Shown here: positions 40,092-54,338 of the stretch, piece by piece
Position numbering within the stretch: the stretch's first letter is position 1
How the letters are laid out: every line of letters begins with the position of its first letter
Origin: Octopus vulgaris
Lineage: Eukaryota
Assembly: GCA_951406725.2 (NCBI GenBank)
Contig: OX597817.1
Span: 124,000,001-124,064,000 of the forward strand
DNA: 64,000 bases
Direction of reading: 5' to 3'
Made by a program: the position numbers and the translations under genes
The notes under the pieces: model-generated
Told to the model about the DNA's origin: nothing
The model's input: only the letters and a program-made list of their open reading frames with translations
Databases searched by the model: none

Positions 40092-40597
40092 TACATCAGG
40101 AATGTTTAGAAAACAGACTCCTTCAAATGTCTGAGAGGATCCTTAGAAGTAGTAGACAGTTTCCATTACTTAAGCTGTGGAGGAAGTAGTTCAAAGTTCA
40201 GAGAGCTACTACTTCTATTAGTAACAAATGGCTTCTTACTCAGAGTCAAAAGTAGGATGTATGCATATGAACATACATGGCAGAGAGACATAGGTTGTGA
40301 CCAGGGAGGACATGTGAAGGCTTGATAGGAATGAAGCCACCATGCTACACTGGTTGAATAATGTCAGTGTACATGAACTGTGTAAGTGGTTTGAGACAAA
40401 CCCTGGATATACAAGGCATCATATGTAGTGTGCAAAAGAGAAGACTGAGCTGGTATGGCCATGTGATGTGTATTGTTGAGGACAGCTGCATCAAGAAGTG
40501 CTGATCTCTAATTGTGGAGGGAACGTGAAGAAGGGCTACACTCAGGATGATGTGGGGCAAAGTGGTGAGAAAAAACTTCAGACGTTGGGCCTCACAA
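40092..40597 (+). mobile_element. RTE-like LINE 3' region, decayed
   Basis: LEVVDSFHYL, KFRELL, RLDRNEATML.W, VQKRRLSWYGHV, EDSCIKKC..L.VEGT read across stops. Confidence 0.8.
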
Positions 40598-41692
40598 TAA
40601 TTTTAAATCAAATAAAATTTAATCATAATACTTAGATATAATGTATAATCTTATTTTATTATTTAGTATAACTAGAATATATCTACCTATAGATATATGT
40701 AAGATGATATTTAATTAACTTCTAATTTCAGATATTTTAGTTTCTTAATAGAAATTTATAGTATAATATTAGATAGCATTATTCTAAATTTTTAATCTTA
40801 ATTTAGAAACTCAATTTCAAGAATAATGTCAATTTTAAAAATAATAGTATAATCAATATAGATTAATTGTATTATAATTATAAAAATAATAAAAAATTAT
40901 ATTTTTTCTAATTTTTACTGACTTTTACTTATTTCAAAATATTTTGAATATTTTAAATTTATAAGTTGAGTTATTTAGTTTACCTATTTACCGACCTAGA
41001 AATTTATTATTTATCAAAGTTAACATATGAATAAAATAAATTAACCAGAAAAAAAAAGACTATTCCCATCATACACTCACTTCTGGCTTTTGATTAATTA
41101 TTATAAATAATAGAAAATACTTTTTAAGAACTTTTAAATGTTAATAAGAATTATCTCTCCCAAAAAGTAGCTCTCAATTTTGGATTATACAACTGCTGGT
41201 AGCCATGTTTAATTCATGGAGAGAAAATTACCATACAGATAAGTTAACATTTCTTTTTACTAACATTTCATTTTCCTACTTTTATTCCACATTTGTGTTC
41301 ATTATTTACTAAAGTAAAATTATTCCAACAACTTCTAGTTATATAGTTTTTGTTTGTCATGTCTTTATATAGGATGTAAATAGCAAAATAAGTTCATATA
41401 TGCTTGACCTGAAGATTGGCAATATAATCGTTTTAATATGGTATTGTATTTAGAGACATTCTATTTCAGCAATATTGAGGAATATGTTGTCATGAAACAT
41501 GCTTAGTTATGTATATGATTTGAAATAAGAATTGAAGTTATTAATTTTGAAAATTTGGAATAAGAATTGTCGGTATTAATTTTGATAATTTTAATATTTA
41601 GTCCCTATGTGTACCTATTGTGGATAATGTCATTCAATGATGATTGAGTTGCTTGAGGGTGATTCTGTCTCTTAAAACCTATCTATCTCTCA

Positions 41693-41694
<2 letters not shown>

Positions 41695-41782
<88 letters not shown>

Positions 41783-41805
41783 GTATCTATCTATCTATCT
41801 ATCTA

Positions 41806-41887
<82 letters not shown>
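41695..41887. repeat. (TCTA)n followed by (TA)n
   Basis: Directly visible. Confidence 0.98.
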
Positions 41888-41890
<3 letters not shown>

Positions 41891-41893
41891 TTT

Positions 41894-42672
41894 AAAAATA
41901 GGATAAAATCTTAATAAGAAATCTTAACAAGAAATTATCAAGTTGTTAGCGTGAAAAACCTCATAAGAGAAAAAAACTGTAAAATTTTTCTTTGAAAATA
42001 TTTATTTATATTGTATAGAGGGCATTATTACACATAAATGCCACACGCTAGGAGGGACTCTTAAAGTCATAACTACCATATATAAATGACTCGCTTTGAG
42101 AATTGCATTCGGTACGATGTGTTTATATGTGGTAGTTATGACTTTAAGAGTCCCTCCTAGCGTGTGGCATTTATGTGTAATAATGCCCTCTATACGATAT
42201 GAATAAATATTTTCAAAGAAAAAATTTTTTGTTTTTTTCTCTTATGCGGTTTTTCACGCTAACTACTTGATAATTTCTTGTTAAGATTTCTTATTAAGAT
42301 TTTATCCTATTTTTTTAATTTGTTCCGAAAAAGCACATTGTTTCCCGAAATGCAATTTAAAAGAGCCCGCCATTTAGATAAATGTATGATGGGTAAACAC
42401 TTCCACATACTATAATGACGGCGACAGTTGTCCACCTGATATGATGCTTTTGTTTATGTATGATATATTTTGGATTCGCTTCACTGAAGAGCAAGGGATG
42501 CATATAACATGTTAATTGCAAAATCACAGGTGATATGGAGTTAAATTCTGTTTTTAAATGACTCGCTTTGAGAATTGCATTCGTTACGATGTGCTTATAT
42601 GTGGTAGTTATGACTTTAAGAGTCCCTCCTAGCATGTGGCATTTATGTGTAATAATGCCCTCTATACAATAT
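41894..42672 (+). mobile_element. Penelope-like pLTR structure: inverted copy plus partial tandem, with hammerhead
   Basis: Inverted arms 41894-42086 / 42122-42315; 118-bp direct repeat 42083-42200 / 42555-42672; hammerhead 42479-42540; (TA)n flanks. Confidence 0.8.
42479..42540 (+). ncRNA. Type I hammerhead-like motif, G12 replaced by A
   Basis: CTTCA-CTGAAGA-GCAA-(21 nt)-TTGC-AAA-ATCAC-ag-GTGAT-A-TGGAG; all three stems pair. Confidence 0.75.
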
Positions 42673-42689
42673 ATATATATATATATAAA

Positions 42690-42774
42690 GTTAATCAAAA
42701 CAAGAAAGCAGAAAAAAAACACAACAACGCGAGGACGTGGAACAAATATAGTATTATTGGACGCTCAGGAAAGA

Positions 42775-42806
<32 letters not shown>

Positions 42807-43009
42807 AATGTGACCTCATGTGTACCGTTGGCGATTTTTTTCCCTCTGTCTTCCCTTCTCTGGATCTTTCCTTCTCCTATGTTTCCAACGAAGAGCTCCG
42901 CTCGAAAAGTTAAACCCTCCTTCTTCCCTTCTTTCCTGAGCGTCCAATAATACTATATTTGTTCCACGTCCTCGCGTTGTTGTGTTTTTTTGTGTTTTCT
43001 TGTTTGGAT

Positions 43010-43013
<4 letters not shown>
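42690..43013 (+). mobile_element. Second pLTR-like fold-back element with degenerate minimal hammerhead
   Basis: Arms 42690-42775 / 42929-43013 with about 60 nt identical; motif GTTT-CCAACGA-A-GAGC-tcc-GCTC-GAA-AAGT-T-AAAC at 42881-42915. Confidence 0.72.
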
Positions 43014-43048
<35 letters not shown>

Positions 43049-43049
43049 A

Positions 43050-43973
43050 CTGGGTCATGCCATAAATAATTTCAGTTTTTTTATACTTCTTTTAGTTTTC
43101 AAAATTAAGATAAACAAAGTTTATTTTTAATCTAAAACACATACACTCCTTCGTTTTCTACAATGCTCTTCTATCTATCTCATAGACTTGCAAGGGTCCC
43201 TCTTTTAAAATTCATTTGTCTATGAGGAAAAACACTCCACCAGTACTCTTCTGACATTGAATACAGAATTCATATTTTTTCCATCCAAATGATTTTGAAG
43301 ACTGTGGAATAAATGATAATCAGCTAGGGTAATATCCAGTGAACATGTTCGGTGGGGCATCGTTTCTCATTCAAACTGCCCCAGCCTTTGGAATGTCATC
43401 CTTGCCATGTGTGACTGAGTATTATCCTGATGGAAGAAGCCTTTCATCTTAAAACCAAAAATGGTCGTTTTTCTTCTAGCGTAGGTGTTGATGAATGGTT
43501 GAATGACAAAATCCAAGCTTCTCTGCTAGTTCCTCGACAGCTACGTTGGGATTTTCTTCCACAAGGGTTTGCAGGATGTCCTCATCAAACTCTAAAGATC
43601 TTCCAGGATGAGGCTCATCTTCTAGGCTGCAGTTTGCAGCTCAGAATTTCTGGAATCACCGTTGAACTTGGCTTATGCTTATTGCCTGATCCCAATATAC
43701 AGCATTAATATACCTTGCACTTTCCATTGTGTTGTTGCCTTTATAGAACTCATAGAACAAAATAGGCTGAATATTCTCCTTTGTCCTTCCATTATAACTT
43801 TGGAAAAATAACTGTTAAAATCGAACTGCACTCTTTAAAACTTACACTAGGAATATCACACGGTAAAATTATTACCTGCTTTTATTGTAAGTTGATGCAG
43901 TTAGTTTATCCCGTCCCCCTCTGACTTTTAGTTCATGCAATTAAAATTAAACATCATTTATGCGATGAACCTA
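43050..43973 (-). mobile_element. Internally deleted mariner, decayed
   Basis: TIR-like ends tgggtcatgccataaataat / atcatttatgcgatgaacct; minus strand encodes HTH remnants and FHQDN; homologous to 62667-63583. Confidence 0.85.
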
Positions 43974-43974
43974 T

Positions 43975-44035
<61 letters not shown>

Positions 44036-44565
44036 ATCAAGTAAGTATATTTGTTGTTGTAAGTATGTATTGGATCTTGTCTTTGATGCTAACATTTAAA
44101 CTGGACATGTTTTGATCTTCTTAGGTCTCCTCCTTACCAAAGCAAATTCACTTGCAGTAGGCTTCATTTAGAATGGTCAGTTTATATGAAGAGGAAGGAA
44201 ATGTCTGCTAATGGATTCTATCATCCTTGGAGGGATATTCTGCATGATGTATTGAACAAACAGTAGTCTCCCATATATATCACATAGCAAAGAGGAAAAA
44301 ATTGCAGTCAACTCAGACTGTCCCTGTGATTTGAAATTAAAAACTTCCTTAAGGGATACACATGCATGCATAAGGACATGATCTCTCTTACACACGTGCA
44401 CATTAGGCACACACAAATACACACACATATATACATACATATGTATACACAAATATATACCTATATATGCATAGATATGTATACACATATATATATATAC
44501 ATACACATATTTACATATATTTATCTATATATATATATATATGTGTGTGTGTATATACATATATA

Positions 44566-44611
<46 letters not shown>

Positions 44612-45173
44612 TGTGAGTGTGTGTGTGTGTGTGTGTGCATGTGTGTGTACGGATGTGTGTGTATGTGTTTCAGCATTAAGGATAAATTTGAAAATTGTCT
44701 GAACCAACGAAGCAGTGCCATCATCAAAAAGAATTGATAAAAAGAGAACTGTCATCAATTTATTACTGTTGTATTAGGAGAAAAACAAACATTACGCTTT
44801 TTAAAAGAAAATCTGTATGTTTACAGGTTTGAGGCATATAAGAAGAAAAGACAACATAAATATTTTTTAAAGTTGGTTTGAAAAAAACAAAAATAGATCG
44901 ATAGTACTTCAAAACAAGTGATAAACATATTCATAAATGTATGCTGTAGAAACTAGGGGGAGGTAATAAATAACCATAATTTATGGATGAACTGACATAA
45001 ATACATGTAAACAATCATGAGTATGTTTTGTGCAGCAGAATATATGCATATATGTAAGTGCAAGTGCATATGTATGTGTGTGTGTGGATATATGTGCATA
45101 TATATATGTATGTATATATGTATGTGCATACACACATATGAATATATATGTGTATATGTATATAATAAATATG

Positions 45174-45236
<63 letters not shown>

Positions 45237-45346
45237 ACATACACACACATACATATAACTATATATAATATATATATGTAGGTAAATAAATATACATGCA
45301 TGCATAGAAATATACCTGTATAAATATATATATAGATATGGATATA

Positions 45347-45641
<295 letters not shown>

Positions 45642-46367
45642 GTGTGTGTGTATGTGTGTGTGTATGTCTGTATGTATATGAGGTTGTATGCATGGGGATA
45701 TTTATATAATTTTGTGTAAGAGTTTATAAATATATATAATCGTATATAGACATACAAAACCACCAAAAGCTGAGCATATTTTCAAGCAGCTTACATGCAT
45801 TTTAGAAAACTAAATAGATACAAGCGTGCATGTTCAAAAGAAACGCATTAACAGAGGTTTCCCTATTTTTTACACACAATTTTGCTATTTTATACATACG
45901 TGAATAGTTACATACCATAAATTTGTCCAGTAATACATACGTATAATAACTTATGTCCACTGTATTTCAATGTTCTGTTCTGATGCTTTCAATGTAAAAC
46001 AAAATAATAGCATACATCTTTTGTATTTAACTAGTATTGGTAACTTGTAGCAAAACACAAATACAGGGGGAAAAAAGTGAAGCTCTGATTGTTTGCAATA
46101 CTTGAGAAGAACATGGTGTACTTCACACTCACAGAAAAATATGTAGACATATGCATACCTATACACCTATATTCATGCTTATACACATATATACATATAT
46201 ACACACACACATGCACATGTGTACATATGTATATAAACACACACATATATACATACACACATAAATATACATAAATATATATATATACATATACATTTTT
46301 ATATATACATTTATATAAATATATATACACACACACATATTTCTATGTATATATATATGTATATATA

Positions 46368-46415
<48 letters not shown>

Positions 46416-47017
46416 TATATATATATATTTGTGCCTGTGTGTGTATGTGTGTATATATATATATTTATGTATGTATGTATGTATGTGTGCATATGTACAT
46501 TTATAAATATATATGTATGTATATTTATACGTATGCATGTAGCTGATAATTATAGGCTTGATTTTGGCAAGAAACTTGTTGAATACCGTCATTGAAGGCA
46601 AGCGATAAATAATAAGTTGATTTTATTGTGCAAAAGATATGACACATTGAATATCATTCACTTCCAACTAAAAGATCATTTGCTGTTGCTCAGTCAGAAA
46701 TCATATTCATTTCTCGTAAAACTGTAAATATGAAACATAAAAAGCGGTTACTGTTCAAAGTGTTACTTTCTCCTCCAAAAATTCTTGCGAACAATCTCTC
46801 TAAAAGTGCCATACAGTAATAAAACCATGAATATGAATCACAAACGTGGTATGTGTTCAAATATGTACATAGGTTTTATTGCTTAATGCTGTTTTTTCTC
46901 TGAGAATGTGGCAATACACAGTAAGGTCTAATTGTTTATTTTTATTTTCATCTGTGTAACTAGTCATATGCAAAACTTCTAGGAGAATATCATATATATG
47001 TATATATATATGTATAC

Positions 47018-47079
<62 letters not shown>

Positions 47080-47162
47080 GCATACAAATATATGTACATA
47101 TACATATAAATGTATATATATGTATATGTACATATACATATAAATGTATATATATGTATATG

Positions 47163-47212
<50 letters not shown>

Positions 47213-47511
47213 TATACGTCCAAGCATAAGTATGTGTATGTGTGTTTGTATATTTTGTGTGCCTGTTCATGGATCCCCATCTTCACATATTGTGACAGTT
47301 GCAATAAAGAAATATGTCATCATCATCGTCATAGAAGCACTGATGTTTGTTCCCCGTCTTCCTGAAAACATGTCAGCCATTGTGCTGAGTATTCAAATGG
47401 ATAGGGAAACTTCTTTCTATCCTACCACAGAAATTCTGCCTTAAAGAATTCCATCTGATCCATGCTGTCATGTAAGTGTAGAAACCAAAATAAAGATGAA
47501 GATGAAGAAGG

Positions 47512-47588
<77 letters not shown>

Positions 47589-47767
47589 ATATAAAGCATA
47601 TGATTTTCCATTCGGTCCCAATATGTTTCCACCTTAGCAAGTATCCTCTACTCTTGCTCTAGGTGAACCAAAGACTTGTGAGTACATTTGATGACCAGAA
47701 AATGAAAGAAACCATGTGTGTGTGCGTGTTTGTGTGTATGCATGTGTGCGTAACACACATATATAAG

Positions 47768-47817
<50 letters not shown>

Positions 47818-48261
47818 TATATATATACACATATATACACATATATATATACACATCTACATATATACATATACACAAATACACATTCTTATATACCTTC
47901 CTTCACACACCCACATATATATATATATCACCGTGATCATTGTGACCGACCAGGTTATCAGATGTTGCTACACATCGCTGGTCACAATGCACTTCGCATT
48001 GTTTTAGCCTTCAAATGATGCCACCCCACTGGCTCAGCGAGCAGGCCATATATATATATATATGTATATATATAGATTTTGCAAGTCATCCATATACACT
48101 TCTGTATATAAAGATGTTTAAAGGCAAACCCTCATGTATGATTATGCATCTACACACTCATACTATGTGTGTACATATATATTTATAGATGTATATTTAT
48201 ACATAGATACATACATATACATATATGTGTGTTAAAATATAAATACATGTATATATTTATG

Positions 48262-48311
<50 letters not shown>

Positions 48312-48520
48312 GATAAACTTATTTGGAAATGGATTGCGGCATTCAATCATATAATAATATAGTTTTATCTATACTTTTATATATATCTTCGTTTTTATAT
48401 TATATGTGTGTATATATATATATATGAAGATATACATAAACATATAAATATGTATGTATATATATGTATATATATATATATATATACACATATGCACACA
48501 GATATACATGCACGTATTAC

Positions 48521-48551
<31 letters not shown>

Positions 48552-48802
48552 AATGAACATACATATACACATTGAATGAAAGTTAGAGATTTCATATGCA
48601 AAAAAGAATAAAAGAGGAAAGATAAATAATGATGACTTTCAAAACCAATAATTCTAGCAAATATTCAATATTTAAAGATTGATGTTCTTTGTAGTTTGAG
48701 AGTGGTTTCAATTTATCATACATCAACAGTGTAAATAGGACTAAATACCACACTTGATGTCTTTCAAGTTAAAATATACAGGCAAACTGATTTATATGTA
48801 TA

Positions 48803-49640
48803 ATTACAAACACACACAGACACACGCACACACACACATACACACGTATATGTATATGTAATAAAGCTTGTTTTATATATATATGTGTAATATAGCCTAT
48901 TTATTTTATCTTCCTGTATAAAAATATATACGTGCATATGTAGATATTTATATGTATGCATATATATATGTATATATTACAAACACACACAGACACACAC
49001 GCACACACACACATACACACGTATATGTATATGTAATATATCTCTTTTTATATATATATGTGTAATATAGCCTATTTATTTTATCTTCCTGTATAAAAAT
49101 ATATACGTGCATATGTAGATATTTATATGTATGCATATGAATGTGTATATATGTATATATATATACATATATACATAAATATATAGATATATAGATATAT
49201 ATACATATATATATGCATATATTATTCGAAGTGACATATGGTTTATATATATATATATATATATATATCTTTATATATGTTTATATATATACACACACAC
49301 ATATATAAATATGTATGTATATGTATCATGCATACTTATACATATGTATGTGTGTGTGTGATTGTTTGTTATAGCTGTTTATATGTATATATATATACAT
49401 ATATACATAAATATATAGATATATAGATATATATACATATATATATGCATATATTATTCGAAGTGACATATGGTTTATATATATATATATATATATATCT
49501 TTATATATGTTTATATATATACACACACACATATAAACTTATGCACGCACACATACGAACACACATATATATACACACACACACTGATGCATACTTATAC
49601 ATATGTATGTGTGTGTGTGATTGTTTGTTATAGCTGTTTA
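48803..49640. repeat. Two adjacent local tandem duplications in low-complexity DNA
   Basis: gtaatatagcctatttattttatcttcctgtataaaa occurs twice; attattcgaagtgacatatggttt and gattgtttgttatagctgttt each occur twice. Confidence 0.85.
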
Positions 49641-49886
49641 TATGTTGATATAATAACATATTACATCCCTCAGAAATAGGGAAATAAAGAAATAGGAATT
49701 CTGCTTATATTCTTTTTTTTTCCTAAGAGCTGAGATAGGAATAACAATATGTTTTATAGAAAACTTTGTGGCTACTTATATACGTGTGTATATACATACA
49801 TATATACATACATACACAGACACACATACATGCATGTGCACATGCATATATATATATATACATATATATATATACACACACACATG

Positions 49887-49932
<46 letters not shown>

Positions 49933-51100
49933 GAGCATGTGTTTATATTGACATGCACACGTGACACATTCTCATGCACATGCATATAAACACAGCATTG
50001 TTTATAGTGCTGATCAAGTAACTGAATAATGATAAGCAAAACATGATATCTATAACATACTTGAGCACTAAAATAATCTATGCAAAATAAATCATGTGTC
50101 TTGATAGCATGTATTTAGATAAACATGTGAAGGTGTGATGTACTGAATGACATAGGCAAAAAATATTGACTTAATTGAAATTTCCTGCTTAGATGAAGAA
50201 AGTTAATAAAAGAAAAATGACAAACTGCTGCAATTCTTATCAAGTCTCAAAGGAATGGGATATCATTCAAAAAAATTAATATTTAATTTCTTAAAATTAA
50301 TTAGAAATGAATGAATTGAGTGTGTATCTTAGTGAAAGAATAACAGGAGAGTGTGATAGACAGCTCTCATGATGGTTGTTGGTAAGGAGGTTGAATAGAA
50401 ACATTAAGAGCAGAGTAATGAGAGATAGGAGTGATTGAAGAGAGAGAGAGAGAGAGAGAGCATGGGCAGGTTGTAGCAGAGTGAGTCCTAGAATTGAATA
50501 AGCATGATGGAAGAGAGAAAGGGAGTGTAAGGGGGAGGATGGTGCAATGAAGAAAGAAAGATACAGAGAAATAGTGCAATGCCTATTTGTTATTTATAGG
50601 TAAGAGATAAGTATGAGAATGTCTAATTCATATTTAACTGGCTCGAGATTGCTTTGATCATCAAAGGCTTAATTTAATAGGGAAAGTGGAATTATGTTTA
50701 TCATATAGCAGGAATCTTCATTCAACATTATGGAAAAAAACAAACAAAAAAAAAACAAATAAAAAAAGAAAGGAGCAGAAGGAAATAACTCAAATTCCCC
50801 AGTGGAATATAATTACTTATATGATTTAAGAGGTGATGCATAGAAGTGCAATATGCAAATCATTCATGCTAAATAACATGAAATATATAAATGGTCAGCT
50901 CTAAAATGATAAACTGATCAATTGATAATTAGTAGAATGTGTATTAATATGTGTGTGTGTGTTGTGTGTGTTTGACCATATGACAAATTCAAAACTGTGT
51001 TCACAAACATTATGTATACTTTTTACTGCATTGCTCTGTATTTTTTGTCTTTTTTAAAATTTTGTTGGGGCAGGTATTTATATTTGAATAAATTAAAAGC

Positions 51101-51620
51101 TATGACTGCTTCTGATTTCCAAAGAGAACAAATTGCAGGAGCACAGATGGTTAGAACTACAATCACTAAAATTTCTTGAATTATTTATGATTCATGAATT
51201 AGTTAGTTTTGGCCTACTAAACCTAAGGTAAATCTACTTCTGGCAAGCATAATTCTGAGCAGAAAGCAAATTTCTCAGAGAGGGATCACATGTATTTAAA
51301 ACAGCTGAAATGTGTTGTGAAATGTATTTAAATCCATTGAATTACAGCAACAAATGTGATAGCAGAGCTAAATAATCAACTTGCCAACTCTGTAGAGCTC
51401 TGTAAAACTGAATACCATGAGAGGGCTGCAATTGCTGAAGCTCTCCCCTCCACCAACTCATTGATGAAAGGAAAATATGGAGTCCAAACTATCAGAAGTC
51501 AATAGGTCAATGGAACTTGTCATCTTCCCTGTTGAATTATCATTCACCCTTTCTTCCTAGTTAGGGGTGCATTTTGACTGAAGACAAGCTAAAGAAAACT
51601 TGCAACCTTAACTCTTTCAT
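51101..51620 (+). mobile_element. Tc1-like transposase N-terminal remnant
   Basis: SDFQREQIAGAQMV...KHNS..K..FSERD...TATNVIAELN...RAAI read across stops. Confidence 0.65.
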
Positions 51621-51875
51621 CCTTAGTGTGAAGCCCACACATAAATATATGAATATATATGTATGCATCCTTAAACGCATATATGCCTCACTGACAAGCA
51701 TAAATGCAAGTTCTATCAATATCGAGTTTTCATGTCATATACAAGTATGAAGTACATGCATTTACAAGCAATTCACATAAATGCCAATCTCTACACATGC
51801 ACAAATATTCTCGTGCACTCACATATACACTTCAATCATTCTAGCACATAATGTTGATTATTGCAATTACTATTA

Positions 51876-52096
51876 AGACAGAGAGCTACCAGAATCATTA
51901 ACGAATTTGGACCAAATACTTTGCTTAGCAGCATTTCTTCTACCTCTTTCAATACTGAGCTCAAACCTCACTGAAGTCAATTTCGCTTTGCATCCTTTTG
52001 GTGTTGCTAAAATAAAGTACCAGGTAAGTGCTGTGGTGGTTAATGTAACTGACTTGCTCCTTCCTTTCAAATTTGCAGGCCTTGTGCCAAATTTGA

Positions 52097-52098
<2 letters not shown>
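51876..52098 (+). mobile_element. SINE family A, degenerate, followed by (AAT)n
   Basis: gagctaccagaatcatta...ttgcatccttttgg...aaagtaccag...ggccttgtgccaaatttgaaa. Confidence 0.75.
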
Positions 52099-52165
<67 letters not shown>

Positions 52166-52367
52166 TTCTAAGTAATCTCAAGTTTTAAAACAAACAAAAT
52201 TTTCGGTTTTTTTTTTTGACATTCACTAGTACAACACTAAATACAAAACCAAATATATGGCACACTAGGCATAACAACAGCCCAAACTTCCAACCTGTTG
52301 TCTCTTGAGGTCTCTGGGTGAGACTTGGAGCCAACTTGTACAAATATAAAGCAAAAGTCAACATAGA
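52166..52367 (+). mobile_element. Probable R4/Dong-like LINE 3' UTR embedded in (AAT)n
   Basis: About 200 bp of non-repetitive sequence between two (AAT)n arrays (52098-52165, 52368-52560); gaggtctctgggtgagacttgg resembles R4-clade 3' ends (recall). Confidence 0.5.
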
Positions 52368-52411
52368 TAATAATAATAATAATAATAATAATAGTAATAA
52401 TAATAATAATA

Positions 52412-52456
<45 letters not shown>

Positions 52457-52492
52457 GTAATAGTAATAGTAATAATAATAATAATAATAGTA

Positions 52493-52537
<45 letters not shown>

Positions 52538-52560
52538 TAATAATAATAATAATAATAATA

Positions 52561-52642
52561 GCTATGATGTCCTCTTGGCTATGATGTCCTCTCGGCTATG
52601 ATGTCCTCTCAGCTATGATGTCCTCTTGGCTATGATGTCCTC
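52561..52642. repeat. 17-bp minisatellite GCTATGATGTCCTCT(T/C)(G/A), about 5 units
   Basis: Directly visible. Confidence 0.95.
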
Positions 52643-52983
52643 AGCACATGAAACTAATAGTAGTACATACAAACATATATTGTGTTTATTAAAAAATATT
52701 TACCTCTCACAAGTTGCTGTTCTTACCATCATAGAACAAAACAACAATATATATGTGTGTGTATATATATATATCAAAATAAAGAGGAATTGGGGTTAGT
52801 AATCCAAGTAAAATACTTCTTAAGTCCTCTGTAGATAAAAATATACAAAGCTAACAAAAAAGACTTGTGATTAGTATTGTTCTCCAGGTAATCTGAAATG
52901 AAACTCTGTCACCAGTCAAATGAATAAATCCATGGTTCCATTACCAAGTTAAAATGTTATGTTTTTTTAGAGTGATACAGAAA

Positions 52984-53200
52984 GTAGACAGAAATAATGG
53001 GTTATTATATACATTTATTAATTTATTACAAGCTTGTAGCTGTTCCAGTTATGTATTTGGGGTGTATTGACGGTTCAATCTTATCAATCGATCGATTGAT
53101 AAATTGAACCTTGAACATCTGCGAATGCATATCTGATACAGCTGTAATCCTATAATAAATAAATAAATTTTTATAACCCATTATTACTCTCTCTCTCTAC
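52984..53200. repeat. Imperfect spacer-less palindrome, arms of about 105 bp
   Basis: Perfect 22-bp centre TTATCAATCGATCGATTGATAA (53081-53102); arms include aataatgggttat / ataacccattatt. Confidence 0.85.
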
Positions 53201-53331
53201 AATTATTCATGCATACATACATATATATTGGCTCATGATAGCTTTTGTTTTGAATGTCACGGGGACGTCTAAAGTAAAGGATGCACCTGAGGTAATGTGA
53301 TGAATATTGCAGAAATAGATGTTAAAAGAGT

Positions 53332-53399
53332 TATTCTCAACCGATGAGCTCAAAATATGGTTTTTCATAAAGAGGGCGAAATCAATTGATATTGAAATA
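53332..53399 (+). ncRNA. Near-intact type I hammerhead-like motif, U4 replaced by C
   Basis: TATT-c-TCAA-CCGATGA-GCTC-(22 nt)-GGGC-GAA-ATCAATTGAT-A-TTGA-AATA; 10-nt palindromic stem III. Confidence 0.8.
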
Positions 53400-53675
53400 C
53401 ATACATTCCTTACTTTTGTATTACACACAAATTAAACCCGTTTCTCCTATATTCATTGCATTGCCCGTGTGTATTTTAATAGTGAATTATTGGTGGTTTT
53501 AGAGTGATAGCTTTGCTTATAGCAAGTGGTATATAAATCCTCTACTGTATCTGAATTTAATTTATATTTTACCTGTAAAGATGTAAACTTTCTAACAACC
53601 TTATTATTATAATTATTATTATTAATAATGGTAATAATACTTCTTTGATTTATATATGTATGTATGTACCTCCCC

Positions 53676-53732
<57 letters not shown>

Positions 53733-53871
53733 AATATGTAAATATAAATATGTAAATATGTGTATGTATGTATGTATATATATGTATACATATATATATA
53801 CATACATATATACATGCATATATATATATATAGATGTATGTATGCCTGAAAAGAGTAAGAGAATATATATA

Positions 53872-53911
<40 letters not shown>

Positions 53912-54338
53912 CTTTGATAATTAAAAGACTTTCTTTGTTTATGTGTATGATTCTGGTAGTAAATTCAGATACTTACATTTGTTTATTTGTCAACACCATT
54001 ATCACTGGCACCATTTCTGATTTATAAGTGATTCGAAGGAAACTCTGTACATGTTTTATTATATGTATATTCAATACAGTATTAATTTCAGTATAGTATT
54101 AGCTCAAGGCAATAGATTTGAAGGAAGCTATTCATAATGATATATATAATACCTTTTTCTTTTAAAAAATATTACAATAGTATTGTTATTATCAATACTA
54201 CTAGCATTTCAGTCATTTCAATACATAACATTTTCTTAATTAACTGCTTGCAAGGCCATAGTTTTTCGTTTTGCAGCCGTAAATATACTACCAAGTCCAT
54301 ATTGTGTTATTTGTTTGTTTGGTGTGCAATGTTTGGAA

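Noticed and set aside
52561-52642. Regular repeats suggestive of CRISPR
   Set aside because: Head-to-tail 17-bp minisatellite with no spacers, in eukaryotic DNA.
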